Below are positions 26,715 through 36,381 of a DNA stretch of 64,000 nucleotides, in pieces (the first letter of the stretch is position 1; each line of letters opens with the position of its first letter). The notes under the pieces were generated by a model. That model worked only from the letters and a program-made list of their open reading frames with translations. It made no database searches and was not told the DNA's origin. The stretch covers positions 1,120,001 to 1,184,000 of the forward strand of contig OZ241877.1 in the NCBI GenBank assembly GCA_965203095.1, read 5' to 3'. The stretch is from Bdellovibrionales bacterium (lineage in GTDB: Bacteria > Bdellovibrionota > Bdellovibrionia > Bdellovibrionales > UBA1609). The position numbers and the translations under genes were made by a program.

Positions 26715-29495
26715 ATGCTCCAGCTGATAAAAATAAAAGATCCTTCCCTTCAATGGGAATTTTTGTCTGATTTTCAGCTCAAAACAGACTGCCTTGTTGT
26801 TTCTGATATTAAAACAAAACTTTTTGCAGAATCTCGATTGTTGGCAGGACAAGGCTCTCTCCCTGGTTTTTGTGTTGCACGACCAATGGAGTTTTATAAA
26901 GAGATTTTTTGTGTTTTGGATGGGGATTGGAATGAAGTTGAAGATAATTTTGTCTGTCAGTTGTTGTCAGAATTTTGTGCTCAACAAAAATCTCCTTGGG
27001 TTCAAAATTTGCAAAATTCAAAAAGCTTTTTTGATTTCTTTAATAGCTTTCTTGTGATTTTACTTCGTAAGGATAGCAAAGGTTTGTTTTTAGAGTGGCT
27101 AACTGAAAAATCCTTACCTGATTTTTGGAAGGATTGGTTTGAACTTTCTCAAAATTTTTTTAATTTTCTAAAGTCTAAAAAAGTCATTCATAGATATGGG
27201 GTCAAAGCCCTTTTGTCTGATAAACTGCCCACTGTGGAGGAGTTGCCATTTAACAAGGATAGAATATTTGTTAATTTGGCTTTTTCTATAGATGAACTTG
27301 AAAAAGACATTTTTAAGCAGTTGTCTCGCCATAAAGAAGTTTATATTTTATCTCCTGATTTGAAAAAGCAGGCTTTTTTTGATCAGATAAATATTTATCA
27401 AAATATAGAGGAAGAGGCAGTAGAGAAAACTGAGGAAACTTCTCACTCTCAGAACAAAGGGCAAATTTTTACAGTCAAAAGCGAGACTCAACTGGAAGAG
27501 CTTAAAAAGGCTCTCATCCAGATAAAACTTTGGTTGAAAAAAGGTATATCTTTAAAAGACATAGCCCTTTTTGCTCCTAATATGGAGGATTACTGGCCTG
27601 TTCTTAAAATTTATCTTGAAAAAGAGAAAATTCCTGCAAAAAAATCTGTTTTTTCTTCATTGCTGGAGTTTCCGGATATAAGTCGTTTTCTTTCTGCCCT
27701 TCGTGTGCATTCTGGGAAATGGAGTTTCGAGGATTTAGAAAGGGTTTTCTTTTATAGAGAGTCGGGTAAAGATTTTTCTGCCTTTTGCTCAGCTTATTTT
27801 GATGTTCCGGAAAGAAAACTGAGCGAAAGGCTTTTGTTTAAAAGAAAAATCTTACCAGCCAACAAACTAATTACTGGTCGGCAATTTGTTAATTGGGCTT
27901 TGGCTTTTTGGCAAAAAGAGACAGCTGATTTTTTATTGGAGAGGCTTTTGCAAATTTTTCAAAAATGGCCAATGGAGGAATCACTTCAGGTTTTATCATG
28001 GATAAAGCTTTTGGAATCCGACCTATCTTTGGTAGAGGAGGAAATTTCAGCAGAAAATCCTAATGGCCTTTCTTGCTTGAGCCTTAATGCTTTTCAGTCC
28101 ATCAAAAGCTCTTATGTTTTCATAATGGGTTTAAATGAAGAATCTCTTAAAAGCTCTCATATCAGTTTTTTAAACGAAACCACCAGCCAGCAGGTTTTAA
28201 ATGACTTGGGTTTCCCTTTGGCTCTCAGTTATTTTAAAAAGAAGGAAGATAGTTTGTTATGGTTTTTGCAGTCTTCTTATCACAAAGAAGTTTATCTTAG
28301 TAATTTTGTCTATGATTTTATGGGCAATATTAAAACCACGAGTGCTATTCACTCTTTATCTGAGGAGGCTTTTCATTCATTATCTCAGGAGATTTCCGGT
28401 TCTCTTTTATGGGACAACAATAAAAAACAAAAAGATATTGATAAAATTTTGAAGGGGAGTCATTTTTCAAAAGAAAAAATCCAAACTTTAAAATCAGCTT
28501 TTAAAAACAGAGACAAAGCTTTTTTTCATAAAAAAGCTATAGAGCTTTCGCCTAATAGTCTTAATGAATACAGAGAATGCCCCTTTAAATACGCCGCAAG
28601 AAAATTATTTTTTGTTCAAGAATCAGCTGTTGTGGAAAGAGAACTCTCCCCTCTTTCTAAAGGTTCTACTGCTCATCATCTATTGGAAAGCTGTTTGAAC
28701 CAATATCCTGATTTGTCTCTCTCACAAGAACAAAAGGAAGAACTGATCCAGTCTGTTCTTCCCAAAGAAGAAGAGCTTGTGCATGAAAAACAAGATTCTA
28801 TCGTTAACAAAAGCTTGAAGGATCTGTTAAAATTATTTTTGGAAAAAGAGAAAGAGAATCAAAAGCAATTTCCTTTTCTTAAACCGAAAGCTTTTGAGAC
28901 TATGGCCGAAGTTTATTGGAATCAAAAAACAGGAGAGTTAGGCTCAAAAGGGGATTATGTTTTTAAATGTCGGGTGGATCGCATAGATCAGGATCAAAAA
29001 ACTGGGGCTTATGCCGTTAGGGATTACAAATCTCGTGGTGACTGTTTTACACATATACCTAATTGGCTAAAAGAGGATGAAGAGGAACTTCAATTAACTT
29101 TTTATGCCCAACTTTTAGAAAAAGGCTTAATAAAAGATCTACCAGTGGGAAAAGTGTCAGCCCTGTTTTACTCTTTTTATAATCAGGATTTTTCGGCTAA
29201 AGGTTTTGTTGAAAAATCCAGCTCATTGGAAAATCTTATTGGCAAAAAAACAAGAAGTCCTAAGCAGGAGAAAACTGTTTTAGAACAAGCGATTTTAAAT
29301 TCAAACCAGAAGACAAAAGCTTTAGTTCGTTTAATGGAGAAGGGGCAGTTTTTACCCAATCCCAGAACAAATCAAATTTGCAAGACTTGCTCTTACCAGG
29401 CATGGTGCCGTGTGGAAACTTTAGATAACAAACCTCGCAAAAGGGAAAATACCCATCCCACCTCAAACTCAAAAAAAAAGATAAAAGATCAATAA
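26715..29495 (+). CDS. addB: AddB-like PD-(D/E)XK nuclease subunit
   Basis: LSPNSLNEYRECPFKY, GSTAH, RVDRID, DYKS, QL.FY, CKTCSYQAWC Fe-S cysteines; next to addA. Confidence 0.85.
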   Translation: MLQLIKIKDPSLQWEFLSDFQLKTDCLVVSDIKTKLFAESRLLAGQGSLPGFCVARPMEFYKEIFCVLDGDWNEVEDNFVCQLLSEFCAQQKSPWVQNLQNSKSFFDFFNSFLVILLRKDSKGLFLEWLTEKSLPDFWKDWFELSQNFFNFLKSKKVIHRYGVKALLSDKLPTVEELPFNKDRIFVNLAFSIDELEKDIFKQLSRHKEVYILSPDLKKQAFFDQINIYQNIEEEAVEKTEETSHSQNKGQIFTVKSETQLEELKKALIQIKLWLKKGISLKDIALFAPNMEDYWPVLKIYLEKEKIPAKKSVFSSLLEFPDISRFLSALRVHSGKWSFEDLERVFFYRESGKDFSAFCSAYFDVPERKLSERLLFKRKILPANKLITGRQFVNWALAFWQKETADFLLERLLQIFQKWPMEESLQVLSWIKLLESDLSLVEEEISAENPNGLSCLSLNAFQSIKSSYVFIMGLNEESLKSSHISFLNETTSQQVLNDLGFPLALSYFKKKEDSLLWFLQSSYHKEVYLSNFVYDFMGNIKTTSAIHSLSEEAFHSLSQEISGSLLWDNNKKQKDIDKILKGSHFSKEKIQTLKSAFKNRDKAFFHKKAIELSPNSLNEYRECPFKYAARKLFFVQESAVVERELSPLSKGSTAHHLLESCLNQYPDLSLSQEQKEELIQSVLPKEEELVHEKQDSIVNKSLKDLLKLFLEKEKENQKQFPFLKPKAFETMAEVYWNQKTGELGSKGDYVFKCRVDRIDQDQKTGAYAVRDYKSRGDCFTHIPNWLKEDEEELQLTFYAQLLEKGLIKDLPVGKVSALFYSFYNQDFSAKGFVEKSSSLENLIGKKTRSPKQEKTVLEQAILNSNQKTKALVRLMEKGQFLPNPRTNQICKTCSYQAWCRVETLDNKPRKRENTHPTSNSKKKIKDQ

Positions 29496-29499
29496 AAAC

Positions 29500-32400
29500 A
29501 TGAAATCTCAAAAAAAACAGGATTCATCATTCTTTGAAACTCAACTAATCCGGGCCGGAGCCGGAACAGGGAAAACCACTCGTTTAATTCAAGAAATCTA
29601 TAGCCAGTTTCAAAAACAAAGGAAGACTGGTCAAGAAGCTTCTCGATTGATAGTTTGCACATTTACCCGAAAAGCCAGTCAAGAGCTAAAACAGCGACTT
29701 TATGAAAAAGCCCAAGAGGAGATCAAAACAGAGGGGCTTTCCCTATCACCACTTTTTTTAAATTATATTCAGTCTCCATCTCTTTATATTTCCACAATAG
29801 ATGGCATTTTGAGTTTATTTTTAAAAAAACAAGCTCATCAAATGAATGTGCCACCAGATTTTCAAATACATTATGCTCAATCTAATGAAAAACTTTTTGA
29901 CTCTTTAGCAGAAGATTTTATTTTTAAAAAAAATCTCCCGCTCTTGCAAAAAATCCCTTATCCTTTTTTAAAGCAGTTGTTTTTGTCTTACTTTACAATG
30001 CGAATGGAACAAGGCAAGATTTCTTTTTATAATGAAGATGATTTTAACGATTTTGAGAATTTTTGGAGACAAAAAGATTTTATAAAACAAAATTGGGATT
30101 CAAAAAAGGAGATCTCAAAAATTTTCAACAACGAACAATATGATAATAAGACTCACAGTTTGTCTTTTATAAAAATGTTGGAAACATTGCAAAACATGGG
30201 CGAGTTAGGAAAAGCGTTAAAAACAAAAAAAGAGGATGAAGTGAGCTTTAAGGCCAATCATTTTTTGCCAATTTTTAAACAATTTCATCCTGTAGCAGAG
30301 GAATTTTGTTCTCAATTTATAGAGAGAAAGAAAAGCTCAGCCATTTTAGACATAGAAGATTTGCTTTTGTTCTCTTTAGATTTATTGAGAAAAAATCCTC
30401 AAGCGGGCCAAAGCTTTTCTAAAGAATGGGATGGTTGGCTGATTGATGAGTATCAAGACACCAGCTGGCTTCAAGAACAAATCATAAAGCATATCACTAA
30501 GTTTAAAAATGTTTTTTGTGTAGGGGATCCAGCACAAAGCATTTATTTTTTTCGTGGGGCTGACCCTTATGTTTTTAAGAGACGAGAGATTTCCACCCTT
30601 CGAACTGAAAAATTAAATGAAAATTATAGGTCCATTCCTGATTTAATTCATTTTTATAATGATTTTTTTGAAGAGAACCAAGGGGTTATGAAATTTAAAG
30701 CTCCAGCTATAAGCTCTACTGCAAAAGATGATCCTTGTGTTTATTTTTTAACTTATGAAAAACATGGGAATTACAAGCCAACCGCCTTAAAGGCACTCTA
30801 TTATTATGTCCAAAAGCTTGTGGCCCAGGGAGCAACTTATAGTGACATAGCTATTTTATCTTCTAAAAATGATGATTTGATAACAATAGCAAAGGGCTTA
30901 AGAAGTTGGAATATCCCTTTAATCTTGGATAGCTCCAAAAACTTTGCACAAGAGCGACTCATTTTAGATGCTTTATTTTTATTAAAATTTTTAATCAATC
31001 CTTTTGATGATAACAATTTAAAAGCTTTGTTGAGGACAGATTATTTCCATCTACCAGATCAAGAATTAGCAGATGCAAGTTGTGATCATACGGAGCTTTG
31101 CAAAAGTCAAAAAATTTCATTTTGGACTTTTTTAAAAAACCGATTCCCTGATAAATTTTTTGTTCAATCTCTCAATTCTTATTTAGATATGAAAAAAAGC
31201 TTTGGCCTTGTGCAAAGTTTTGAGAAAGCTTTAATGGATTCTGGCCTAATGGATCTTTCTTATTTTCAAGATCCCACAGGGGTTAATGAGGTCAACTTGT
31301 CTCAACTAATAAGTCTTTTGCACAAAAAAGGCTCGATGGCTTTAGAGCTTTTTTATTCACTTACAAAACTTGGAGATGAGGAAGAGAGCAAAACAACCCC
31401 TCCCTGTGAAGGTTCTCAATCCATTCAATTGATGACCATTCACAAAAGCAAGGGTTTAGAGTTTAAAAATGTAATTGTGATGGATTTTTCCTTAGACAGA
31501 TCTTCATTGAGGGTGGGAAATCAGGAAAAAGATAATGTCATCTATGACAAATACAGGGAAAAAGCTGTTTTTAGTGTGCCAGTGGGGGGAAGAGATCGTT
31601 CAAAAGTCAAATCTTTTGGCCATAAAATAGCTCTTTGGAACAAAAAAAAGGAAGAACTTTTTGAAAGAGATCGCCTCTTTTATGTAGCGATGACAAGGGC
31701 TAAAAACAGTTTGGCTTTTTTTGTCCCCAATAACTTTCCTGAAAAAAATAGCTGGTTGGCTGATATTGCGTTTTTTGAAAAGTTTTCTAAAGGGAAACCT
31801 CCTTTGCTTGAAAAAATATCTAACCCAAAAAAAGAACTCCGATTATGGAGGTTAAATAAAGGCATTTACAAGGCCAAAGCTTATTCTTTTTGTGTTCAGC
31901 CCTCTGAGTTGTGGGCTGGCCTTAGTGATGAAGTGAGCAAAAAAGCCTTTCCCTTGGCCTCTATAGAAAAGATAGACAAAAATCTTGAGCCAGCTCAAAC
32001 TTTGAAAGAGCCAATGGATCAAGAAACTCCTGCTTTTATCAATGAAGAAAAGCTTGTTAACTCACAAACTAAAATTCATTTTAAATCTTCAAAGGATTTT
32101 GTGTCTTTTGTGATGGATAGGGAAGTTTTAGATAAAAAAAAGACAAAACTTATTATTAACAACACTAAAACACAAGAGCAGAATTTAAAAAGCACAACTG
32201 ATAATTCTTCTTCTAAGGAAGGGCTGTTAGCTCCATTTTCTCTTGTTAAAACAAGAAATATTTTATTTAAAACTTGCCTGGGGAATCATCTTCATCTTTT
32301 TTTGCAAAAACTCTCTTATCAAGGTTTTGACAAAACAGAAGCTCTTATTGAGAGAGCTTTTTTGAAAGAAGAGGATAAAAAACAACTTAAATCAGCTCTT

Positions 32401-32757
32401 TTTTATACATTTCATCTCAAAAATCCTTTGATGAAAAAGTTTTTAAAAACAGGTTTCCCGGAATGGCCTTTTAAAATCCAAAAAAATAATATTGTTCTTC
32501 AAGGAGTGATAGATTTATGGGCATGGGATTCTCAAGAGATCTGCCTTTTTGATTACAAAAGTTCGCCCACTGACAAGACTAAATGGCAGTTGATTTTTTA
32601 TAGCTATGTTTTAAATGAATTGTATCATCCAAAGAAAATACGAATGGTTGAGCTTTATCCTTTCCAAAAAAAGGTTTGTTCTTCAATTTACGATGAATCT
32701 CAAAAAGAAAAAATGGAGATATGGCTTAAATCATTCAGCCATTCTGATCCGGTTTAA
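29500..32757 (+). CDS. addA: AddA-like UvrD helicase/nuclease
   Basis: AGAGTGKT, TFTRKA, IDEYQDT, VGDPAQSIY.FRGA, ENYRS, TIHKSKGLEF, YVAMTRA, GVIDL..DYKS. Confidence 0.9.
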   Translation: MKSQKKQDSSFFETQLIRAGAGTGKTTRLIQEIYSQFQKQRKTGQEASRLIVCTFTRKASQELKQRLYEKAQEEIKTEGLSLSPLFLNYIQSPSLYISTIDGILSLFLKKQAHQMNVPPDFQIHYAQSNEKLFDSLAEDFIFKKNLPLLQKIPYPFLKQLFLSYFTMRMEQGKISFYNEDDFNDFENFWRQKDFIKQNWDSKKEISKIFNNEQYDNKTHSLSFIKMLETLQNMGELGKALKTKKEDEVSFKANHFLPIFKQFHPVAEEFCSQFIERKKSSAILDIEDLLLFSLDLLRKNPQAGQSFSKEWDGWLIDEYQDTSWLQEQIIKHITKFKNVFCVGDPAQSIYFFRGADPYVFKRREISTLRTEKLNENYRSIPDLIHFYNDFFEENQGVMKFKAPAISSTAKDDPCVYFLTYEKHGNYKPTALKALYYYVQKLVAQGATYSDIAILSSKNDDLITIAKGLRSWNIPLILDSSKNFAQERLILDALFLLKFLINPFDDNNLKALLRTDYFHLPDQELADASCDHTELCKSQKISFWTFLKNRFPDKFFVQSLNSYLDMKKSFGLVQSFEKALMDSGLMDLSYFQDPTGVNEVNLSQLISLLHKKGSMALELFYSLTKLGDEEESKTTPPCEGSQSIQLMTIHKSKGLEFKNVIVMDFSLDRSSLRVGNQEKDNVIYDKYREKAVFSVPVGGRDRSKVKSFGHKIALWNKKKEELFERDRLFYVAMTRAKNSLAFFVPNNFPEKNSWLADIAFFEKFSKGKPPLLEKISNPKKELRLWRLNKGIYKAKAYSFCVQPSELWAGLSDEVSKKAFPLASIEKIDKNLEPAQTLKEPMDQETPAFINEEKLVNSQTKIHFKSSKDFVSFVMDREVLDKKKTKLIINNTKTQEQNLKSTTDNSSSKEGLLAPFSLVKTRNILFKTCLGNHLHLFLQKLSYQGFDKTEALIERAFLKEEDKKQLKSALFYTFHLKNPLMKKFLKTGFPEWPFKIQKNNIVLQGVIDLWAWDSQEICLFDYKSSPTDKTKWQLIFYSYVLNELYHPKKIRMVELYPFQKKVCSSIYDESQKEKMEIWLKSFSHSDPV

Positions 32758-32792
32758 AAATCTTGAAAACCCTCTTTTCACAGGCGATTATT

Positions 32793-32930
32793 TAGTCGTC
32801 CGTAAAAAAGTATCCTCTTAGTTTTCTTATCCAAAGGCTGTCCGGTGATGGTCCAAGGGATTTTTCCGGGAACAAGCTTTTCTGGATTCCCGTTTGCACG
32901 GGAATGACTGGAGTTTTTCACAGAGGACTA
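32793..32930. repeat. TIR-bounded palindromic MITE-like element (degenerate core, contains a dRS3-like unit)
   Basis: TAGTCGTCCGTAAAAAAG ... GTTTTTCACAGAGGACTA; core relic GGTGATGGTCCAAGG; TGGATTCCCGTTTGCACGGGAATGAC at 32883-32908. Confidence 0.8.
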
Positions 32931-33247
32931 TTGAGATTTTCTGGCTTTTTGACCTTTAAAATGATCTTTTGAATTTTTTTATCAGGGAAATGCTTGTTAA
33001 TTTTGTTTCTTAAAGCCTCTTTTACAAAATGCATCTCCTGTAAGTGTGTGGAATCTGGTAAAGTCAAAATCAACTTGTAGGCTTTAAACTGAGCGGGAAC
33101 AGCCCGTCTGGCTATCTCCCCTCCAGCCAGTTTTTGCCATTTCCGGCTCAGTTGAAATAAAAAATAAATTTCTGAAAAATGAGATTTTTCTTTTTTAAAA
33201 AGGGCCTCTATCACAGAAGATATCGGCACAGGAGCTGTTTTCATCAT
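32918..33247 (-). CDS. dciA: DUF721/DciA family helicase-loading protein
   Basis: W..LAG.EIA....P......L.L......LQEM.F....L...IN pattern; ~110 aa. Confidence 0.75.
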   Translation of the reverse strand: MMKTAPVPISSVIEALFKKEKSHFSEIYFLFQLSRKWQKLAGGEIARRAVPAQFKAYKLILTLPDSTHLQEMHFVKEALRNKINKHFPDKKIQKIILKVKKPENLNSPL

Positions 33248-33444
33248 CTTGAAATTACAAAAATCCAGCCAAAAAGGCAATAAAAAAGCTTAATTTGTGG
33301 GATTTTTTAAAAAAATCATAAAAAAATCACAAAAAAGTTGGATTTTCTGGTATATTAAAGACAGCCTGTTTTGTTTATTCATAGCTGAAGGAAAAGCTAA
33401 GCTTGGCAAAATCCTGGCAACAACTTAATACAAGGAGGTCTCTT

Positions 33445-33798
33445 GTGGAAAATATCAATTTAAAAATTCATAACTACCGACACAGTGAACAGCAAAATAA
33501 ACAAATAAAAAATAAAATGGAAATTTTATTAAAGCAAATCCCTTGTGACTCCCGTGTCCTCTTGAATTTTGACTATAAAAACAAGGTTTTTCATGGTTAT
33601 TTAAAGGTGGATTGCGATGGTCGCACTTTTTTTTCCGCAGACCAAAATGCTCTATTAGCTCCTTTAGCGGGTGCCCTTTGCAAAAAAGTTCAAAAACAAG
33701 TAATGAAATGGAAGAAAACCAGAACTATAGAAGAAATTACAGGAGTTATCGCCCTTAAGCCTCCTCATCGGGAAAAATCTCATAAAAAAGCCAGCTGA
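33445..33798 (+). CDS. Hypothetical protein, possibly HPF/RaiA-like fold
   Basis: GTG start after AGGAGG; length and alternating pattern suggest an HPF-like fold (weak). Confidence 0.5.
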   Translation: MENINLKIHNYRHSEQQNKQIKNKMEILLKQIPCDSRVLLNFDYKNKVFHGYLKVDCDGRTFFSADQNALLAPLAGALCKKVQKQVMKWKKTRTIEEITGVIALKPPHREKSHKKAS

Positions 33799-33930
33799 TT
33801 CCTTTTGAATCCTATAAGAAAGTTTTATAAGTCTTGTTGAATCAACAAAATAGAGATTTGTCTCACTTTTTTTGTTGATTTTTCGGGCTTTTTCCATAAA
33901 CGGGAATCCTTTTTGCTATGTCAACAATTG

Positions 33931-34584
33931 ATGATTGTAAAATATGTCAGAGCTTGTGCTATTTGCAAAGCCTATTTCCCGCCCACTCAATGGCTTTGTT
34001 CCCTTTGTTGGAAAGCTGTAGAGAGGGAATATCTTTGTTCGGAAAACATTTATCGAGCAGAAAAAAATCTCCCTCATTTAAGGCTTTTAGACTGGCATGA
34101 AGATAATCATAAATTGATTCAGTTGTTGGTTGCCAGTCTCAAACAAGGAGGGCCGGATTTTATTTTCAAAAGGCTCAGTTTAGAACTGCTTTCTCGATTT
34201 TTATATTTAAATTTTTGGAACAAAAAATCAGTTCCGCTATTTATCCCTGCTCCGCCCAAACAAAAAAATCCAACTGATCACGCTTTTCAATTGGCCAAAG
34301 CCTTAAGCTTTTATTTTGGTGGAGAGTTAAAAAGCCTTTTAAAAAGAGGATCTTTTTCCAGTGCACAAAAAAAGAAATCTAAGAGAGAAAGGGCGGGTAT
34401 TTTGATTCAAAAAGAAGGAGAGATTCCAGACAACACACAGCCTGTTGTTTTTGTGGATGATGTTCTTACCACAGGATCCACTGCACGAGCGGGTTTCCAA
34501 GCTCTGAATCGCCCTAAAAATTTTTTTATATTTACTCTTGTATGGAAAAGACCTCCTCAAACAGAAGATTCAGATGAGTTTTAA
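33931..34584 (+). CDS. comF: ComF family phosphoribosyltransferase-like protein
   Basis: CAIC...CSLC zinc ribbon; FVDDVLTTGST. Confidence 0.88.
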   Translation: MIVKYVRACAICKAYFPPTQWLCSLCWKAVEREYLCSENIYRAEKNLPHLRLLDWHEDNHKLIQLLVASLKQGGPDFIFKRLSLELLSRFLYLNFWNKKSVPLFIPAPPKQKNPTDHAFQLAKALSFYFGGELKSLLKRGSFSSAQKKKSKRERAGILIQKEGEIPDNTQPVVFVDDVLTTGSTARAGFQALNRPKNFFIFTLVWKRPPQTEDSDEF

Positions 34585-34805
34585 CGAGGTTTAGATTCTT
34601 TTTTTTCTGAAGGAGAAATTTGTTTAATAGCCTTTGCACTCTCTTGGCTGACTTTTTTTAAAGTCCGGGTGACGATAAATTTTCTGCCAAAATCATTCAA
34701 ATAACTTTCCAAAGTTTTGCCATTAAATTGAATTTGAAGCAAAAACACAAAAAAGAAACTAAAGACAATTCTCAAAACAAAACTTATTAAGCGAAAAAGA
34801 ATCAT
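34581..34805 (-). CDS. Small hypothetical membrane protein
   Basis: Single hydrophobic segment; GGAGG RBS. Confidence 0.6.
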   Translation of the reverse strand: MILFRLISFVLRIVFSFFFVFLLQIQFNGKTLESYLNDFGRKFIVTRTLKKVSQESAKAIKQISPSEKKESKPR

Positions 34806-34869
34806 TACATCCTCCTTTCTTTATTGCTCTATTTACAAATTTGCAAAAAAATCGATAAATTTTTAGACT

Positions 34870-35238
34870 TTAAGCCACAGTGTTTTTAATGGACTGAGCC
34901 AAAGCCTCCTCTTTAAACGGTTTAAAAATATAGTCAAAACAGCCGGCTTTTAAAGCTCTGTGAACAATATGCTCCTCTCTCAGGCTGGAACAGACGATAA
35001 TTGCCAAATCAGGATAAAGTTTTTTTATGGTTTGAATCAACTCTAAGGTGTCCTCCTCAGGGATGACTAAATCTAAAATGATGGCCTGTGGCCTTTCTCC
35101 TTCTATTTGTTTTAAAAGATCTTTGGAGCTTTTTGAGAAAGCTATCACTTCAAAAGAGTATTTTTTGGAAAATTCCAAAAAAGCCTGTTTAAAAATCTCA
35201 TTATCTTCTAAAATCGCCAGTTTGATTTTCCCCGGCAT
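34870..35238 (-). CDS. Single-domain response regulator (CheY-like)
   Basis: ILED, ILDL.IP, CSS, AGCFDYIFKPF. Confidence 0.9.
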   Translation of the reverse strand: MPGKIKLAILEDNEIFKQAFLEFSKKYSFEVIAFSKSSKDLLKQIEGERPQAIILDLVIPEEDTLELIQTIKKLYPDLAIIVCSSLREEHIVHRALKAGCFDYIFKPFKEEALAQSIKNTVA

Positions 35239-35311
35239 TTTTAACCTCTATTATTTTAAATTCTTGAACCTGCTTTTGAAAAACAGATTCCCAGCTGTGC
35301 ATGAGAGCCAG

Positions 35312-36310
35312 CTAAAAGCTTTCATCAAAAGTGACTTCGCCCGGAATGCCTTTTTGATAAGCCGCTACCCTTCGTTCAAAAAAATTAGTCAACTCCTGGG
35401 TGTCTTGCAATTCCATAAAATCAAAAGGATTTTTTGATTTAAAAGGCCCTGGAATATTTAACCTCTCCAGCCGAATATCTGTTATGTATTGCAAATAAGA
35501 TTTCATATCTTTTAAACTTAAGCCCCCGACCCCACTTTCTAAAATTTCTCTGGCAAAGCTCAACTCACAGTCAATGGCAGAGTGAAACATAGCCTTAATA
35601 TGATCTTGAAAATCAGAGGAGAATAAAGAAGGTTCTTCCTTCTTTATGACATCAATTACAGCATAAGCAAAATCAATATGACAACTTTCATCTCTGAAAA
35701 CCCAGTTAGTGCCAGAAGCTAAACCGTTCAAAAGCCCTTTGGAACGAAGAAAATACACATAAGCAAAGGCCGCAAAAAAGAACAAACCCTCAATAGCTCC
35801 CGCAAAACAGATCAAGTTCCTGAGAAAGGATTTTTTGTCCTCCGGGCTATTTAACTTCTCTAATTTGAAAATGGAATCCATCCACTTGAAACTAAAATCC
35901 GCCTTTTTCTTTATAGAGGGAATGTCATGGATGGCCGAAAAGGCTTTGCTCCTTTCTTGAGTGTCGGGAATATAGGTATCTAAAAGGGTCAAATAAAATT
36001 GAACATGAAGCATCTCTTCATAAAGTTGCCGGCCCAAATACATTCGTGCCTCTGGGGAATTGATATGGCGGTAAAGATTCAAAACCAAATTATTCCCCAC
36101 AATAGTGTCTCCAGTAGCAAAAAAAGCCACGAGTCTTTTAATAAGGAAAACCTCGTTTGAGCTGAGACGGGATTGCAGATCCGCCACATCAGAGGAAAAA
36201 TCCACTTCATCTACAGTCCAAGTGTTTTTTATAGCATTTTTATACATTTCATAAAATAAAGGGTATTTCATTGGCCTTAAAGTCAATTCTAATCCTGGAT
36301 CTAAAATCAT
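35312..36310 (-). CDS. nrdB: Ribonucleotide reductase class Ia beta subunit
   Basis: FFATGD, EE.LHVQFY (radical Tyr), IEGLFF, RDESCH, NFFERR. Confidence 0.96.
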   Translation of the reverse strand: MILDPGLELTLRPMKYPLFYEMYKNAIKNTWTVDEVDFSSDVADLQSRLSSNEVFLIKRLVAFFATGDTIVGNNLVLNLYRHINSPEARMYLGRQLYEEMLHVQFYLTLLDTYIPDTQERSKAFSAIHDIPSIKKKADFSFKWMDSIFKLEKLNSPEDKKSFLRNLICFAGAIEGLFFFAAFAYVYFLRSKGLLNGLASGTNWVFRDESCHIDFAYAVIDVIKKEEPSLFSSDFQDHIKAMFHSAIDCELSFAREILESGVGGLSLKDMKSYLQYITDIRLERLNIPGPFKSKNPFDFMELQDTQELTNFFERRVAAYQKGIPGEVTFDESF

Positions 36311-36381
36311 TTTTTACCTCTTGTTTTTAGGGGATGATAGAAGGAAAGGACAAAACTTTGTTCAAACATAAATACTTAATC

